Positions 16,996 to 27,017 of a DNA stretch of 64,000 nt are shown here, in pieces (positions within the stretch are counted from its first letter, which is position 1; each line of letters begins with the position of its first letter). Under the pieces are notes generated by a model. The model worked only from the letters and a program-made list of their open reading frames with translations. It was not told where the DNA came from and did no database searches. Source of the stretch: Patescibacteria group bacterium (GTDB taxonomy: Bacteria; Patescibacteriota; Patescibacteriia; Buchananbacterales; SURF-54); assembly GCA_018818885.1 (NCBI GenBank), contig JAHIRB010000018.1:5041-69040 (forward strand). Reading direction: 5' to 3'. A program made the position numbers and the translations under genes.

Positions 16996-18321
16996 ATGAA
17001 CAATCATAATAATACTACACAACCATTTACAAAAAGAAAATTTTTGTTTGTTTCCTATGATGCCTTAATTTCTGACGTCGCTTGGCAGGTAATTAAAGAA
17101 GGGCACGAAGCCAAATATTATATCAAACACGAAGAAGATAAAGACATCGCTGACGGTTTTGTACCCAAAGTAGATAATTGGGAGGCAGAAGTTGATTGGG
17201 CAGACATTGTTGTGTTTGATGATGTTTTAGGGATGGGTAGATGGGCAGAAAAATTGAGAAAACAAGGAAAGCTTGTAGTTGGCGGGTCAACCTATACGGA
17301 TAAGCTCGAAGATGACCGTTCTTTTGGCCAAGAAGAACTAAAGAAATTTGGTATCCCAATTATTGCTTATCGAAATTTTACTTCTTTTGACGATGGTATT
17401 GATTTTGTTAGAGAAAATCCAGGAAGGTACGTAGTTAAGCCAAGTGGCGAATCACAAAACGTTAAACTTTATCTTTTTGTCGGACAAGATGAAGATGGCA
17501 AGGATATCATCCAAGTTCTAGAAGCCTACAAAAGGATTGTTGGTAAAAAAATTAGAGAATTTCAATTACAAAAATATGTAACTGGGGTAGAAGTTGGCGT
17601 AGGTGGTTTTTTTAATGGCAATGAATTTGTTTATCCAATAAATATTAATTTTGAACATAAAAAGCTTTTTCCAGGAAATATCGGGCCTTCCACAGGCGAA
17701 ATGGGAACTAGCATGTTTTGGAGTAATGCTAACCGTCTTTATAATGCAACTTTGAAAAAAATGGAAGCTAAATTAGCAGAAGAAAAATATGTTGGCTATT
17801 TTGATTTAAATTGCATTGTCAACAGCCATGGAATATACCCATTAGAATTTACTTCTCGTTTTGGTTATCCAACAATTCATATCCAGCAAGAAGGCATATT
17901 AATGACAATTGCTGATTTTTTATACGGCTTAGCAGATGGTAGCTTAAAAAAGTTTAAAGCAAGAAATGGTTTTCAAGTAGGAATTAGGCTGGTTGTACCA
18001 CCTTTTCCTTATGGAGGGGGAGAAGTAAGCCAAGAAGCTAGTTCCAAAGACACAGTTATACTTTTTAAAAAACCAAATTTAGAAGGAATCCGAATTGAAG
18101 AAACAAAATTAATCAATGGTGAATGGGTAGTGGCCGGAACTTATGGTGTGGTGTTGGTTGTAGTTGGTTGTGGACCAACCATGAAGCAAGCACAACGCCA
18201 AGCATATACTAGAATGAAAAATATTGCCATACCTAATATGTATTATAGAACAGATATTGGCGACCGTTGGTTCGAAGACAGTGATAAGCTACATAACTGG
18301 GGATATTTGAGAGAATTATGA
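16996..18321 (+). CDS. purD: phosphoribosylamine--glycine ligase (PurD)-like ATP-grasp enzyme
   Basis: GNIGPSTGEMGT aligns to PurD DTGPNTGGMGAY. The C-terminal GVVLVVVGCGPTMKQAQRQAYTRMKNIAIPNMYYRTDIG aligns to PurD GRVLCVTALGHTVAEAQKRAYALMTDIHWDDCFCRKDIG. No other pur genes in the window. Confidence 0.65.
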   Translation: MNNHNNTTQPFTKRKFLFVSYDALISDVAWQVIKEGHEAKYYIKHEEDKDIADGFVPKVDNWEAEVDWADIVVFDDVLGMGRWAEKLRKQGKLVVGGSTYTDKLEDDRSFGQEELKKFGIPIIAYRNFTSFDDGIDFVRENPGRYVVKPSGESQNVKLYLFVGQDEDGKDIIQVLEAYKRIVGKKIREFQLQKYVTGVEVGVGGFFNGNEFVYPININFEHKKLFPGNIGPSTGEMGTSMFWSNANRLYNATLKKMEAKLAEEKYVGYFDLNCIVNSHGIYPLEFTSRFGYPTIHIQQEGILMTIADFLYGLADGSLKKFKARNGFQVGIRLVVPPFPYGGGEVSQEASSKDTVILFKKPNLEGIRIEETKLINGEWVVAGTYGVVLVVVGCGPTMKQAQRQAYTRMKNIAIPNMYYRTDIGDRWFEDSDKLHNWGYLREL

Positions 18322-19226
18322 TAATAAAAAAAATAACTGACATTAAAGATTGCCAGCGTATCTGGCAACTTTTTTCACCCAAAGATACCCTTTGGGATTT
18401 ATGGGAATTAGTTGAATCAATATATAATCCAAAGATTCATTCTCCCTTATTTTTAGTTGGTGTAAGAGGTGGTAAAGAAACTGGACTTTTACCTTTGTGG
18501 TTTGATAAATCTCAAAAAGTTTATTATTCTTTTGGCGGATCAATTTGTGAATTCAGGGATTTTTGGTTTGGGCCACAAGATTTTCCATTTTATTTTGAAA
18601 AAATCCCAACTCCAATATTGATAAATGATATTGATGCAGTTTCGGTTGAACAAATCTTAAAAGTGAATCCAGATTATCGTAAATATTTTTTTGAAATTGA
18701 TAATAAATACATTCTTAATTTTAAAGAAATAAATTACAGTTTAGAAGGATTTTATAAACGCTTTACACCAAAACATAGAAAAAATTTAAAGTATGATATA
18801 AAGAAACTTGACAGTTTAAAATATGTTATAAAATGGGAAAAATTTAACCACTTTGATTTAATGATACAATTTAATAAAAACCGTTTTGGTGTGGAATCAA
18901 ATTTTGAAGATATCAATAATATAGATGAACTCAAAAAATTACTTCAGTTTTTTTCAGATAAAAAATGGCTACATACTTTATCCGTTAACATAGATAATAA
19001 AGTACAGGCTATTGAATATGCTGCTTTTTATAATCATACCTATTATGTCATTAATGGTGGTTTTAATCATAAGTATAAAAATTTTGGTAAATTAGTGTTG
19101 ATTGAGCATATTAAAAATGCAATGGAGTTAAAAGCTGATATAGTTGATTTTATGGTTGGAGATAGTGGCTGGAAAGAATTATGGAATTTAGATAAATTAC
19201 CGTGTTATTCCCTGAATAAAGACTAA
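18318..19226 (+). CDS. hypothetical protein, possibly FemAB/GNAT (Acetyltransf_6)-like, in an operon with the PurD-like gene
   Basis: 302 aa with a 4-bp ATGA overlap with the upstream gene. Only weak resemblance to the peptidyl-transferase/GNAT fold; family not securely recognised. Confidence 0.3.
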   Translation: MIIKKITDIKDCQRIWQLFSPKDTLWDLWELVESIYNPKIHSPLFLVGVRGGKETGLLPLWFDKSQKVYYSFGGSICEFRDFWFGPQDFPFYFEKIPTPILINDIDAVSVEQILKVNPDYRKYFFEIDNKYILNFKEINYSLEGFYKRFTPKHRKNLKYDIKKLDSLKYVIKWEKFNHFDLMIQFNKNRFGVESNFEDINNIDELKKLLQFFSDKKWLHTLSVNIDNKVQAIEYAAFYNHTYYVINGGFNHKYKNFGKLVLIEHIKNAMELKADIVDFMVGDSGWKELWNLDKLPCYSLNKD

Positions 19227-19276
19227 TTATTACTTAAAATAAAATTGCTGTTTAGACGATTTTTGTATTTTAATTT

Positions 19277-20314
19277 TTGATAATGTATAATCAATTTATG
19301 ATTTTTGTGCGGAAAACATGTTTATTATTAATAATAAGCGCGACATTATCCATGCCGTTTTTTGTTGAAGCAGCGGAAATTCGTCAAATTACTTTTCCGG
19401 TAGCTGGCGAATATAGTTTTACAGATAGTTTTGGCGACCCCCGCTCTGATGGTAGAACACATTTAGGTACTGATATTATGGCAGAAAAAATGACGCCTGT
19501 TGTTTCGGCAGTGGATGGTTATGTCAGCTATTTGACTGTTACAGAACCTTATTGGGGTTATGCTATTTATATTAAAGATAGTGATAATTATGAGTACCGT
19601 TATCTTCATATAAACGACGATACACCTGGCACGGACGATGGCAATGGCGGAATTCAGTATGCTTTTGCACCAACAATAAAAAGAGGCGTAAATGTTTCTG
19701 CTGGACAGCTTATCGGTTGGGTTGGAGATAGTGGTAATGCAGAAAATGCTGGGTCGCATCTACATTTTGAAATCTGGACACCAAGCAGATCAGTAATAAA
19801 TTCATACCCTAGCTTAATGGCAGCGACACATACTCCAATAATAAATATTAGTTTTGTATTCAGTAAGGATTTGTCATTAGGATCTAAAGGACAAGAAGTT
19901 TATGAGTTGCAAAAATATCTTAATCACAATGGTTTTATTGTTGCAACGACTGGAGCAGGATCAATGGGTAATGAAACAACTTATTTTGGACCAGCAACTC
20001 AGGCAGCTTTAATAAAATTTCAAAAAGCAAAAAATATCAGTCCAGCCGTCGGTTATTTCGGGCCTATCACCAGATCGTTTATAAATAGCAGTTACGTAGT
20101 ACCAAGTGAAACAATAACAACACTCCAGCCTGGTTTGTTAGTCAAAAATAAAAAAACAGTAGAGGTTTTCTATGTTGATGAAAATATGGAACTAAGATGG
20201 ATTATCAACGAGCAGGTTGCAGAAAAACATTTTGGTCCAACCTGGAATCAAATTATTAAAGAAGTAGATGATATCAATGAATTTGGGTTAGCCTATGGTC
20301 CGAATTTACAATAG
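19277..20314 (+). CDS. secreted M23 (LytM) peptidase with a C-terminal peptidoglycan-binding domain
   Basis: Signal peptide. HLGTDIMA...DGYVSY...SHLHFEI (HxxxD/HxH M23 motifs). C-terminal LGSKGQEVYELQKYLNHNGF...GPATQAALIKFQ matches PG_binding_1. Confidence 0.75.
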   Translation: MIMYNQFMIFVRKTCLLLIISATLSMPFFVEAAEIRQITFPVAGEYSFTDSFGDPRSDGRTHLGTDIMAEKMTPVVSAVDGYVSYLTVTEPYWGYAIYIKDSDNYEYRYLHINDDTPGTDDGNGGIQYAFAPTIKRGVNVSAGQLIGWVGDSGNAENAGSHLHFEIWTPSRSVINSYPSLMAATHTPIINISFVFSKDLSLGSKGQEVYELQKYLNHNGFIVATTGAGSMGNETTYFGPATQAALIKFQKAKNISPAVGYFGPITRSFINSSYVVPSETITTLQPGLLVKNKKTVEVFYVDENMELRWIINEQVAEKHFGPTWNQIIKEVDDINEFGLAYGPNLQ

Positions 20315-20370
20315 CCATTCAGCAGGAAACAAAAGTCGTCTAATAGGCGATTTTTTGATATACTTGTTTT

Positions 20371-20898
20371 ATGAATAATCTAATAGTTTTATGTGGTCCC
20401 GTTGGTTGCGGTAAGACAACTTTTATAAAAGAGTTTTCAATTAAACATCCGACTTTTAGCCATGTTGATATTATTAATTACATCCAAAAATACAAAGACG
20501 AATTCGGCCATATAGAACCAGAAGGATCTCTCAAGGCTCATCAAGAACTTTATCAAGAATTAAAAAGAATGAAAGGAGATTTAATTTTAGAGCTGGGAAC
20601 AAATAGAGAAGAAATAAACCTCAATGGTTTAAATGATTTAAAAACTAAATACAAAATACACATATTTTTTTGTTTGCTAGATGCAGAAATTTGTATTAAG
20701 CGAGTAATGACGCGAGCAGAAAATGATCAGAAACGTATAATCCATAGAGAAGATTTAGAAAAAAAATTCAAAAGAGTGTTTCCGAACAATCATGTAAAAA
20801 TAGCTGAAGAATTAAATCTTTCTTATGTCACCCTGGACATGAGCCTACCGCTTGAAGAAAAAATAAAGATAATTAATGATTGGTTAAAAATGATATGA
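20371..20898 (+). CDS. P-loop NTPase (AAA/kinase-like) hypothetical protein
   Basis: Walker A LCGPVGCGKTT at the N-terminus. 175 aa. Confidence 0.5.
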   Translation: MNNLIVLCGPVGCGKTTFIKEFSIKHPTFSHVDIINYIQKYKDEFGHIEPEGSLKAHQELYQELKRMKGDLILELGTNREEINLNGLNDLKTKYKIHIFFCLLDAEICIKRVMTRAENDQKRIIHREDLEKKFKRVFPNNHVKIAEELNLSYVTLDMSLPLEEKIKIINDWLKMI

Positions 20899-21671
20899 GA
20901 AAAAAAGTATTTATCAAAAATAGAAAAGGTCTCAAGATGTCAGTTCTGATTGAAGAATCATCCAATCAGAAGGGTCTTGCTATTATTCAGCATGGTTTAG
21001 GAGGTTTTAAAGAACAAGCTCACATCCAAACTTTTGCCGACGCATTTAGGGAAAGTGGATATACGGTAGTTAGGCTTGATACTACGAATTCTTGTAACGA
21101 AAGCGAAGGCAAACTCGAAGATTCTACACCAACAAAATCATACGAAGATTTAGTTGATTTTTTAGAATGGTCAAAAGAACAAAGTTGGTATCAAGAACCA
21201 TTTGTTTTAGTGGCACATAGTTTGGGAGGTTTGTGTATTTCATTGTATGCTAAAAATTATCCAGAAAAAGTCAAAGCGTTGGCTCCAATTGCAACAGTTG
21301 TTTCAGGAAAATTAAAATTGGTTTCACCTGGTTGGCAAGAATTTTTAAAAGATTGGAAGAGAGATGGCATACGAGAATGGGAGAGTTCAACAAAAAAAGG
21401 TTTGATAAAAAGATTAAAGTGGGAATTTGTAGAAGATTTGCAAAAATATGATCTACTGCAAAGTGCTAACAAGCTAACAATGCCAGTTTTAATGATTGTT
21501 GGTGAAGATGATGAATCAATTCCAGTTGAGCATCAAAAAAAGTTATTTGATAAATTACCTGGCCCAAAAGAATTTCATATCATAAAAGGTGCACCACATA
21601 CTTTTAAAGACAAAAAGCATCTTAAAGAGATAAAAAAGATATTTGTAGATTGGATAAACAAGTTAAAATAA
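20895..21671 (+). CDS. alpha/beta-hydrolase fold protein
   Basis: Nucleophile elbow VAHSLGG, with a downstream Asp and a C-terminal His (GAPHTF). Start set at the ATGA overlap with the upstream gene. Confidence 0.65.
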   Translation: MRKKVFIKNRKGLKMSVLIEESSNQKGLAIIQHGLGGFKEQAHIQTFADAFRESGYTVVRLDTTNSCNESEGKLEDSTPTKSYEDLVDFLEWSKEQSWYQEPFVLVAHSLGGLCISLYAKNYPEKVKALAPIATVVSGKLKLVSPGWQEFLKDWKRDGIREWESSTKKGLIKRLKWEFVEDLQKYDLLQSANKLTMPVLMIVGEDDESIPVEHQKKLFDKLPGPKEFHIIKGAPHTFKDKKHLKEIKKIFVDWINKLK

Positions 21672-21832
21672 ATTAAGTAAAAAAATACCGTTACGACAAC
21701 GGTATTTTTATGTTGATCCTCAAAGAGGTCACGGCCTCGTAGAACTCATCATAGATAGATTCTACATCATTTACGAGGCAAGCCCCGAAAAATAAATATT
21801 CGGGTCAAGCGGGATTCTTTACTTTTTCAAAA

Positions 21833-21850
21833 AGGCCTGGATGGGATTTT
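21833..21850 (-). pseudogene. duplicated 3'-end fragment of tRNA-Cys (AGGCCTGGATGGGATTTT) about 90 bp downstream of the gene
   Basis: 16/18 identical to the tRNA-Cys 3' region AGGCCTGGACGGGATTCG in the same orientation. GC-rich palindromes lie between the copies. Confidence 0.35.
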
Positions 21851-21938
21851 CCGCCTGCGGCGGATGCGCCCGCTTCGACTCCGAAGAGAGGCGAGCCTCT
21901 GGCGCAGAACCTTAAACCTAGAACATTCAAAACCAATA

Positions 21939-22012
21939 AGGCCTGGACGGGATTCGAACCCGTGAATAGAGGTTTTGCAGACCCCCGCCTTAGACCACTT
22001 GGCTACCAGGCC
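21939..22012 (-). tRNA. tRNA-Cys (anticodon GCA)
   Basis: rc reads GGCCTGG-TA-GCCAAGTGGTCTAAGGC-GGGGT-CTGCAAA-ACCTC-...ACGGG-TTCGAAT-CCCGT-CCAGGCC-T. Flanked by a perfect 14-bp inverted repeat CATTCAAAACCAAT/ATTGGTTTTGAATG. Folded by hand. Confidence 0.75.
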
Positions 22013-22036
22013 ATATTGGTTTTGAATGATTATTAT

Positions 22037-22136
22037 GCGAATAGAGGTTTTGCAGATTTACCCCGCAAAATGAGTCACGTTACGTATAACTGAATTTCTG
22101 CGGGGCTTCCGCCTTAGACCACTTGGCTACGTGACC
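22037..22136 (-). pseudogene. tRNA-Cys-like 5' half with an altered acceptor arm, a 52-nt hairpin insertion and no T-arm
   Basis: rc GGTCACG-TA-GCCAAGTGGTCTAAGGC, then hairpin CCCCGCA...TGCGGGG, then TCTGCAAAACCTCTATTCGC. D-arm and anticodon loop are identical to tRNA-Cys. Confidence 0.35.
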
Positions 22137-22247
22137 TCTCTAGGGACCAATTTTATCTCGCCGAAGTTCCGCGTCAGCGGAACGTAGGCGGAAAATGCAC
22201 TTTTCAAATATAGCAGAATATTAATAATTATTCAATAGTCATAACGG

Positions 22248-22271
22248 AGGCGACATTGGCCAATGTCGCCT
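22248..22271. repeat. perfect 24-bp palindrome AGGCGACATT-GGCC-AATGTCGCCT
   Basis: Perfect dyad. The same 10-bp arms recur at 59576-59599 with a CGCG centre. Confidence 0.5.
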
Positions 22272-22349
22272 GTTGATTTATATCCTTGATTTTTATCATA
22301 CAATAAAGTAAAATATATTCATACTTTATAATAATTAATTTAAAAAAAT

Positions 22350-22679
22350 ATGATGGAATCAAGAGAAGGAGAATCGCAAGGCAATCTAGAGAATATCCTT
22401 AGCGAAATGGATAGAGCATCAGAAGCAATGAAGGGTTGGACTGACGATACATTTGATGAAAAGCGTAAAGCAGCTATTGAAATTTTAGGAATAGGACGTG
22501 CTTTAGATGAGTCTGGCCCTTTACAGGAACTTCAACAATTGATAGAACAAGGGTCTTTAAGTGATTCTGATCTTGAGAGAGTAAAGGAAAGTATGAAAGG
22601 TGGTTTGTCAACAGCAGATCCTGAGTTTCAGAGAAAGCTACGGGAAATAGGTATCGCAATAAGAGCTCAAGAAAAATAA
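22350..22679 (+). CDS. hypothetical acidic protein
   Basis: 109-aa ORF followed by a terminator. No SD, no family recognised. Confidence 0.4.
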   Translation: MMESREGESQGNLENILSEMDRASEAMKGWTDDTFDEKRKAAIEILGIGRALDESGPLQELQQLIEQGSLSDSDLERVKESMKGGLSTADPEFQRKLREIGIAIRAQEK

Positions 22680-22688
22680 TTTTTACGA

Positions 22689-22722
22689 TAAAATACCTTC
22701 ATTAGAGGGTATTTTATTTTTT
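22689..22722 (+). terminator. intrinsic terminator ATACCTTCATTAGAGGGTAT plus T-run
   Basis: Stem ATACC/GGTAT followed by TTTATTTTTT. Confidence 0.45.
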
Positions 22723-22833
22723 ATTATACTATTTATTATATTATAGTTTACAACATTCGCAATTTAATCTACCATAAGCCATCCTTGATTTATTTAAGCA
22801 TTTGTAGTAGACTCAAGTAGTATAAAAAAATAT

Positions 22834-22975
22834 ACCCGGTAGTAGAATTTCAAATTAAAAGTATGTTATAAAAATTTTACATCGGTTATATATATTATTG
22901 ATTACTTAATATGTTTAATAACAGATATCGAATATATATGCAAAAAAATAACTATTTGAAATTTCACTACCGGGT
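22834..22975 (+). promoter_or_regulatory. 22-bp inverted repeat pair (ACCCGGTAGTAGAATTTCAAAT / ATTTGAAATTTCACTACCGGGT) bracketing the infB 5' region
   Basis: Arms at 22834-22855 and 22954-22975, 21/22 complementary. The second arm abuts the infB ATG. A third copy of the core is at 42132-42150. Confidence 0.3.
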
Positions 22976-24952
22976 ATGAATCTATCAGAACTTGCACGAA
23001 AAATAAGAGTACCAATGGCAGAACTTCGCCTTAAGTTACCGGCGATGGGTTTTGATATTGGCGGACGCGCAATTAAGGTTGATAATCGTGTCGCAAGCAA
23101 GATTATGGCTGATTGGAAAAATTTAAATGCAAAATATGAGGCAGATCGTAAAAAAGATGAAGCAGAAGAAGAGGAAGTAGTTGATAAAACTGCAGAAAAA
23201 CAGATTGTCAAAATTCCAGAATTTATTACAGTCAGAGATTTTTCAGCTAGGCTAGGTATTGGAGTAACTAAAGTTTTAGGTGAACTTATGAAAAACGGAG
23301 TTTTAGCTTCTATGAACGAAAATATTGATTTTGATACTGCTGCAATTATCGCTTCTGAACTTAATTTTGAAGTAGAGCAAGATACTACAGATGCCACACA
23401 AGAAAAAGCAGTCGAAGCTTTAGAAGAAAAATTAAAATCACAAAATAAAAAAGATTTGGTTGAGCGAGCACCAGTAGTTGTTGTGATGGGACACGTTGAT
23501 CATGGCAAAACCAAACTTTTAGATGCCATTAGAATGACAAATGTTGTAGATAATGAGCATGGGGGCATTACCCAACATATTGGAGCGTATCAAGTAGAAA
23601 AAAATAATAGAAAAATTACTTTTATCGATACTCCTGGCCACGAAGCGTTTACTACCATGAGATCACGTGGTGCTAGAGTAGCAGATATTGCAATTTTGGT
23701 TATTGCAGCAGATGATGGTTTTAAACCTCAAACCGAAGAATCACTCAAAATCATAAAATCAGCAGGTATACCTATGGTTGTGGCCATAAATAAGATTGAT
23801 AAACCAGATGCTAATCCAGATATGGTTAAAAAACAACTAGCAGATCATAACTTAACTTCCGAAGAATGGGGAGGAAAGCAAGTTACCGCAGAAATTTCTG
23901 CAAAGAAAAATATTGGTATAGATAGTCTGTTAGATATTGTACTTTTAGTTGCTGATTTAGAAAAAGATAGTCTTAAAGCAAATCCAACAGGGCTAGCAAT
24001 AGGTACAATTATTGAATCTCATGTTGATAAGGGAGAAGGTCCTGTATCAACTGCATTAATTCAAAGTGGCACTCTTAACGCTGGAGATGGTGTATCTGTT
24101 GCAGGAAATTACTATGGTAAGGTTAGGTTACTAAAAAATTATAAAGGCGAAAGTTTAAAAAGCGCAGGGCCATCAGTGCCAGTAAGAATAGTTGGCTTAA
24201 AAGCCTCACCAAGTATCGGAGATATACTACAAGCAGGAGATGTTCAAAAAGCTAAGGTTTCAAAATATCAATTAGATAAACAGGCCACTGGTTTTTCTGC
24301 TGCACACGTAGCAGTTGATGAAGATAATGAAAGTGGTGTCAGCACTTTAAACTTAATAGTCAAAGCAGATGTTTTAGGTTCTTTAGAAGCAATCTTAACA
24401 TCTTTGGAAGCATTAAATCATAAGGAAGTAAAAGCAAAGATCATATCAAAGGGTTTGGGTAATATTACTTCTGCAGACATCGAACAAGCCTCTGCAGGTA
24501 AAGCAGCAATATTTGGTTTTCATGTTATTGCAGATACAGATACTATGAGTTTAGCATCAGAAAAAAAAGTAGAAGTTCAACTCTATGGAGTTATTTATCA
24601 TTTAATTGATGAGGCAAAAAAAAGATTGCAGGCTATGCTTTCACCAGATGTTGTGCAGACTGATCTAGGTCGCTTAAAAGTACTAGCAATCTTTAAAAAG
24701 GAAAAAAATGCTATGATTTTAGGTGGAACAGTCACTAAAGGTAAGATTACCAAGAGTTGTAAAGCTAATGTACTAAGAGACGACGTTAAAATTGGAACTG
24801 GAGACATCACGCAAGTTCAACAAGGGAAAGTTGATGTCAATGAATGCAAGCAGGGCAATGAGTGTGGATTAAGATTTGAAGGAAAACCAATCTTAGCTGA
24901 AGGTGATTTTATTGAATGTTTTTTAGAGGAAGTTAAAGAAAAGATATTGTAG
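22976..24952 (+). CDS. infB: translation initiation factor IF-2
   Basis: GTPase motifs [13 protein letters not shown] and NKID, and full-length IF-2 architecture. 658 aa. Confidence 0.9.
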   Translation: MNLSELARKIRVPMAELRLKLPAMGFDIGGRAIKVDNRVASKIMADWKNLNAKYEADRKKDEAEEEEVVDKTAEKQIVKIPEFITVRDFSARLGIGVTKVLGELMKNGVLASMNENIDFDTAAIIASELNFEVEQDTTDATQEKAVEALEEKLKSQNKKDLVERAPVVVVMGHVDHGKTKLLDAIRMTNVVDNEHGGITQHIGAYQVEKNNRKITFIDTPGHEAFTTMRSRGARVADIAILVIAADDGFKPQTEESLKIIKSAGIPMVVAINKIDKPDANPDMVKKQLADHNLTSEEWGGKQVTAEISAKKNIGIDSLLDIVLLVADLEKDSLKANPTGLAIGTIIESHVDKGEGPVSTALIQSGTLNAGDGVSVAGNYYGKVRLLKNYKGESLKSAGPSVPVRIVGLKASPSIGDILQAGDVQKAKVSKYQLDKQATGFSAAHVAVDEDNESGVSTLNLIVKADVLGSLEAILTSLEALNHKEVKAKIISKGLGNITSADIEQASAGKAAIFGFHVIADTDTMSLASEKKVEVQLYGVIYHLIDEAKKRLQAMLSPDVVQTDLGRLKVLAIFKKEKNAMILGGTVTKGKITKSCKANVLRDDVKIGTGDITQVQQGKVDVNECKQGNECGLRFEGKPILAEGDFIECFLEEVKEKIL

Positions 24953-24970
24953 TGTATAAATTTGTAATAT

Positions 24971-25312
24971 ATGTCTGAGCGTATTCTTCGCATAAACGAA
25001 CTTATTCGTCAACATGTTAACGAATTATTGTTAACAGAAGTTGATTTTCCTAAAGGCTGTTTAGCAACTATAGTACAAGTAGAAACATCTAAAGATCTTC
25101 GTCACAGTAAAATTTATATCAGTGTACTGCCAGTAAAATATACTTCAAAAGTTATTAATAAATTAAAACATAATATAGGAAAAATTCAGCATCAACTCAA
25201 GAAAAGACTAAGTCTAAAACCTCTACCACGCATATCATTTGCCATAGATAGAACCGAAAAAGAAGCAAATGATATTGAATTGCTCCTTGACAGCATCAAG
25301 AAATCAAGCTAA
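24971..25312 (+). CDS. rbfA: ribosome-binding factor A
   Basis: 113 aa. Conserved infB-rbfA gene order and RbfA-like sequence (RINELIRQHVNELLL). Confidence 0.8.
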   Translation: MSERILRINELIRQHVNELLLTEVDFPKGCLATIVQVETSKDLRHSKIYISVLPVKYTSKVINKLKHNIGKIQHQLKKRLSLKPLPRISFAIDRTEKEANDIELLLDSIKKSS

Positions 25313-25323
25313 TATAGTTAGCT

Positions 25324-26301
25324 ATGATTACAACGCAATTAGCCGAGAAAATACACAGTCAAATCAATAACAGCACAAAGATTATGCTAGTAGCCCATCA
25401 AAACGCTGATGGGGATGCTTTAGGCGCACTGTGTGCTATGTATGTATATTTGAAGGATTTAGAAAAGCAAGTTTTTATCTACTCACCAGAAGCTGTAATA
25501 AACAAATATCAGTTTTTACCATACATCGAACATGTCAACTCAGATATAGAAGCAGCTAAAGCTTTTGATCCAGATTTGATTATTGTTTTAGATACTGGCG
25601 ACTTAAGACACGCAGGGCTTGCTGATCATTTAGAAGATTTTTCTAAACCAAAAATAATCAACATTGATCACCACCCCACCAATGAAAATTATGGGCACAT
25701 CAATTTAGTTAGAACTCAAGCAGTTTCTACAAGCGAGATCATCCTGCAATTTTTCAAAATAATAAAATTTCAAATTACAAAAGAGGTAGCTACTTGTCTT
25801 TTAACAGGAATTATATTTGATAGCAACAATTTTACTAATCCAAACACAACTTTATCATCTTTACAAGCAACTGCTGAATTACTAAAACTTGGCGCGCGAA
25901 TGCCACAAGTAAACGACAATTTTATCAGAAATAAAAGCTTAGAAACTCTACAACTTTGGGGTGATGTACTTTCAAGATTAAAATACGACGAAGAATACGG
26001 TACCGCAACTACAGTAGTTACAAAAAAAGATTTAAAAAAATATAACCTGGAACCCGAAGCTTACGATGGCATATCTAATTTTTTAAATAATTTGGGCGGT
26101 GTCAAGGCATCTATTTTATTAAAAGAAGAAGAAGGTGGTATAATTAGAGGTAGTATGAGAACGAATTCTGATAATGTTGATTTATCGGAATTAGCGAAAA
26201 CACTCGGTGCTGGCGGAAAAGGTGGTGGGCATAGGAAGGCCGCGGGGTTTACAGTCAAGGGGAAGTTGCGCGAGACAGACACGGGATGGGAAGTTGTGTG
26301 A
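25324..26301 (+). CDS. DHH/DHHA1 phosphoesterase (NrnA-like nanoRNase / pAp phosphatase)
   Basis: DHH motifs HQNADGDALGA and DHH, C-terminal GGGH (DHHA1). Follows rbfA as in many bacteria. Confidence 0.75.
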   Translation: MITTQLAEKIHSQINNSTKIMLVAHQNADGDALGALCAMYVYLKDLEKQVFIYSPEAVINKYQFLPYIEHVNSDIEAAKAFDPDLIIVLDTGDLRHAGLADHLEDFSKPKIINIDHHPTNENYGHINLVRTQAVSTSEIILQFFKIIKFQITKEVATCLLTGIIFDSNNFTNPNTTLSSLQATAELLKLGARMPQVNDNFIRNKSLETLQLWGDVLSRLKYDEEYGTATTVVTKKDLKKYNLEPEAYDGISNFLNNLGGVKASILLKEEEGGIIRGSMRTNSDNVDLSELAKTLGAGGKGGGHRKAAGFTVKGKLRETDTGWEVV

Positions 26302-26390
26302 ATTAGCGATAGGGCGATAAAGCGATAAAGCGATAAAGTTAATTGGAGATGAAAAATTTTGAAAACTCCATCGCTCCATCGCTTTATAAC
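26302..26390. repeat. inverted repeat built from tandem AGCGATAAAG-like octamers
   Basis: AGCGATAGGGCGATAAAGCGATAAAGCGATAAAG ... CCATCGCTCCATCGCTTTAT. Confidence 0.4.
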
Positions 26391-26410
26391 TCTATTAACT
26401 CAACAAAACT

Positions 26411-26986
26411 ATGCAACTTATACCAACAGTTATCGAAAAATCACACATGGGCGAACGCGCCTACGACATCTACTCTCGTTTGCTAAAAGAGCGAATCATT
26501 TTTTTAGGTTCACCAATAGATGATGTGGTAGCAAACACTGTTATTGCTCAACTTTTATTTTTAGAATCAGAAGATTCAAAAAAAGATATCAAAATTTATG
26601 TTAACTCCCCTGGTGGTTCGGTAACAGCAGGTTTGGCAATTTATGATACCATGCAATATGTAAAACCAGATGTTATGACAATTTGTGTTGGTTTGGCAGC
26701 AAGCATGGGAGCAGTACTTTTATCTTCAGGAAAAAAAGGAAAAAGAATAGCATTGCCTAATTCAGAAATTATGCTTCATCAAGTAATGGGTGGTGCAGAA
26801 GGCCAAGCAGCAGATATTAAAGTACGTGCAGAACATATCTTAAAAATACACGCTAGACTTAATCAAATACTGGCAAAACATACTGAACAGCCATTAGCAA
26901 AAATTGAAAAAGATACAGATAGAGATTTCTTTATGTCTGCAGAAGAAGCCAAGAAATATGGCTTAGTAGATAAGATTATCAAGTAG
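26411..26986 (+). CDS. clpP: ATP-dependent Clp protease proteolytic subunit
   Basis: 191 aa. [25 protein letters not shown] and a catalytic GLAASMGA serine motif. Confidence 0.9.
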   Translation: MQLIPTVIEKSHMGERAYDIYSRLLKERIIFLGSPIDDVVANTVIAQLLFLESEDSKKDIKIYVNSPGGSVTAGLAIYDTMQYVKPDVMTICVGLAASMGAVLLSSGKKGKRIALPNSEIMLHQVMGGAEGQAADIKVRAEHILKIHARLNQILAKHTEQPLAKIEKDTDRDFFMSAEEAKKYGLVDKIIK

Positions 26987-27017
26987 AGTACTGAGAATTG
27001 GCACTAATAATAACCAA

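Noticed and set aside
17123-19759. Minus-strand ORFs 17123-17359, 18343-18543, 18752-18934 and 19463-19759
   Set aside because: Antisense within the PurD-like, Fem-like and M23 genes.
22037-22136. Calling the tRNA-Cys-like 5' half a functional intron-containing or split tRNA
   Set aside because: No T-arm or 3' acceptor strand follows it. Best explained as a pseudogene fragment.
24598-26379. Minus-strand ORFs inside infB and the DHH gene (24598-24810, 26061-26282, 26191-26379)
   Set aside because: Antisense to confidently assigned genes.
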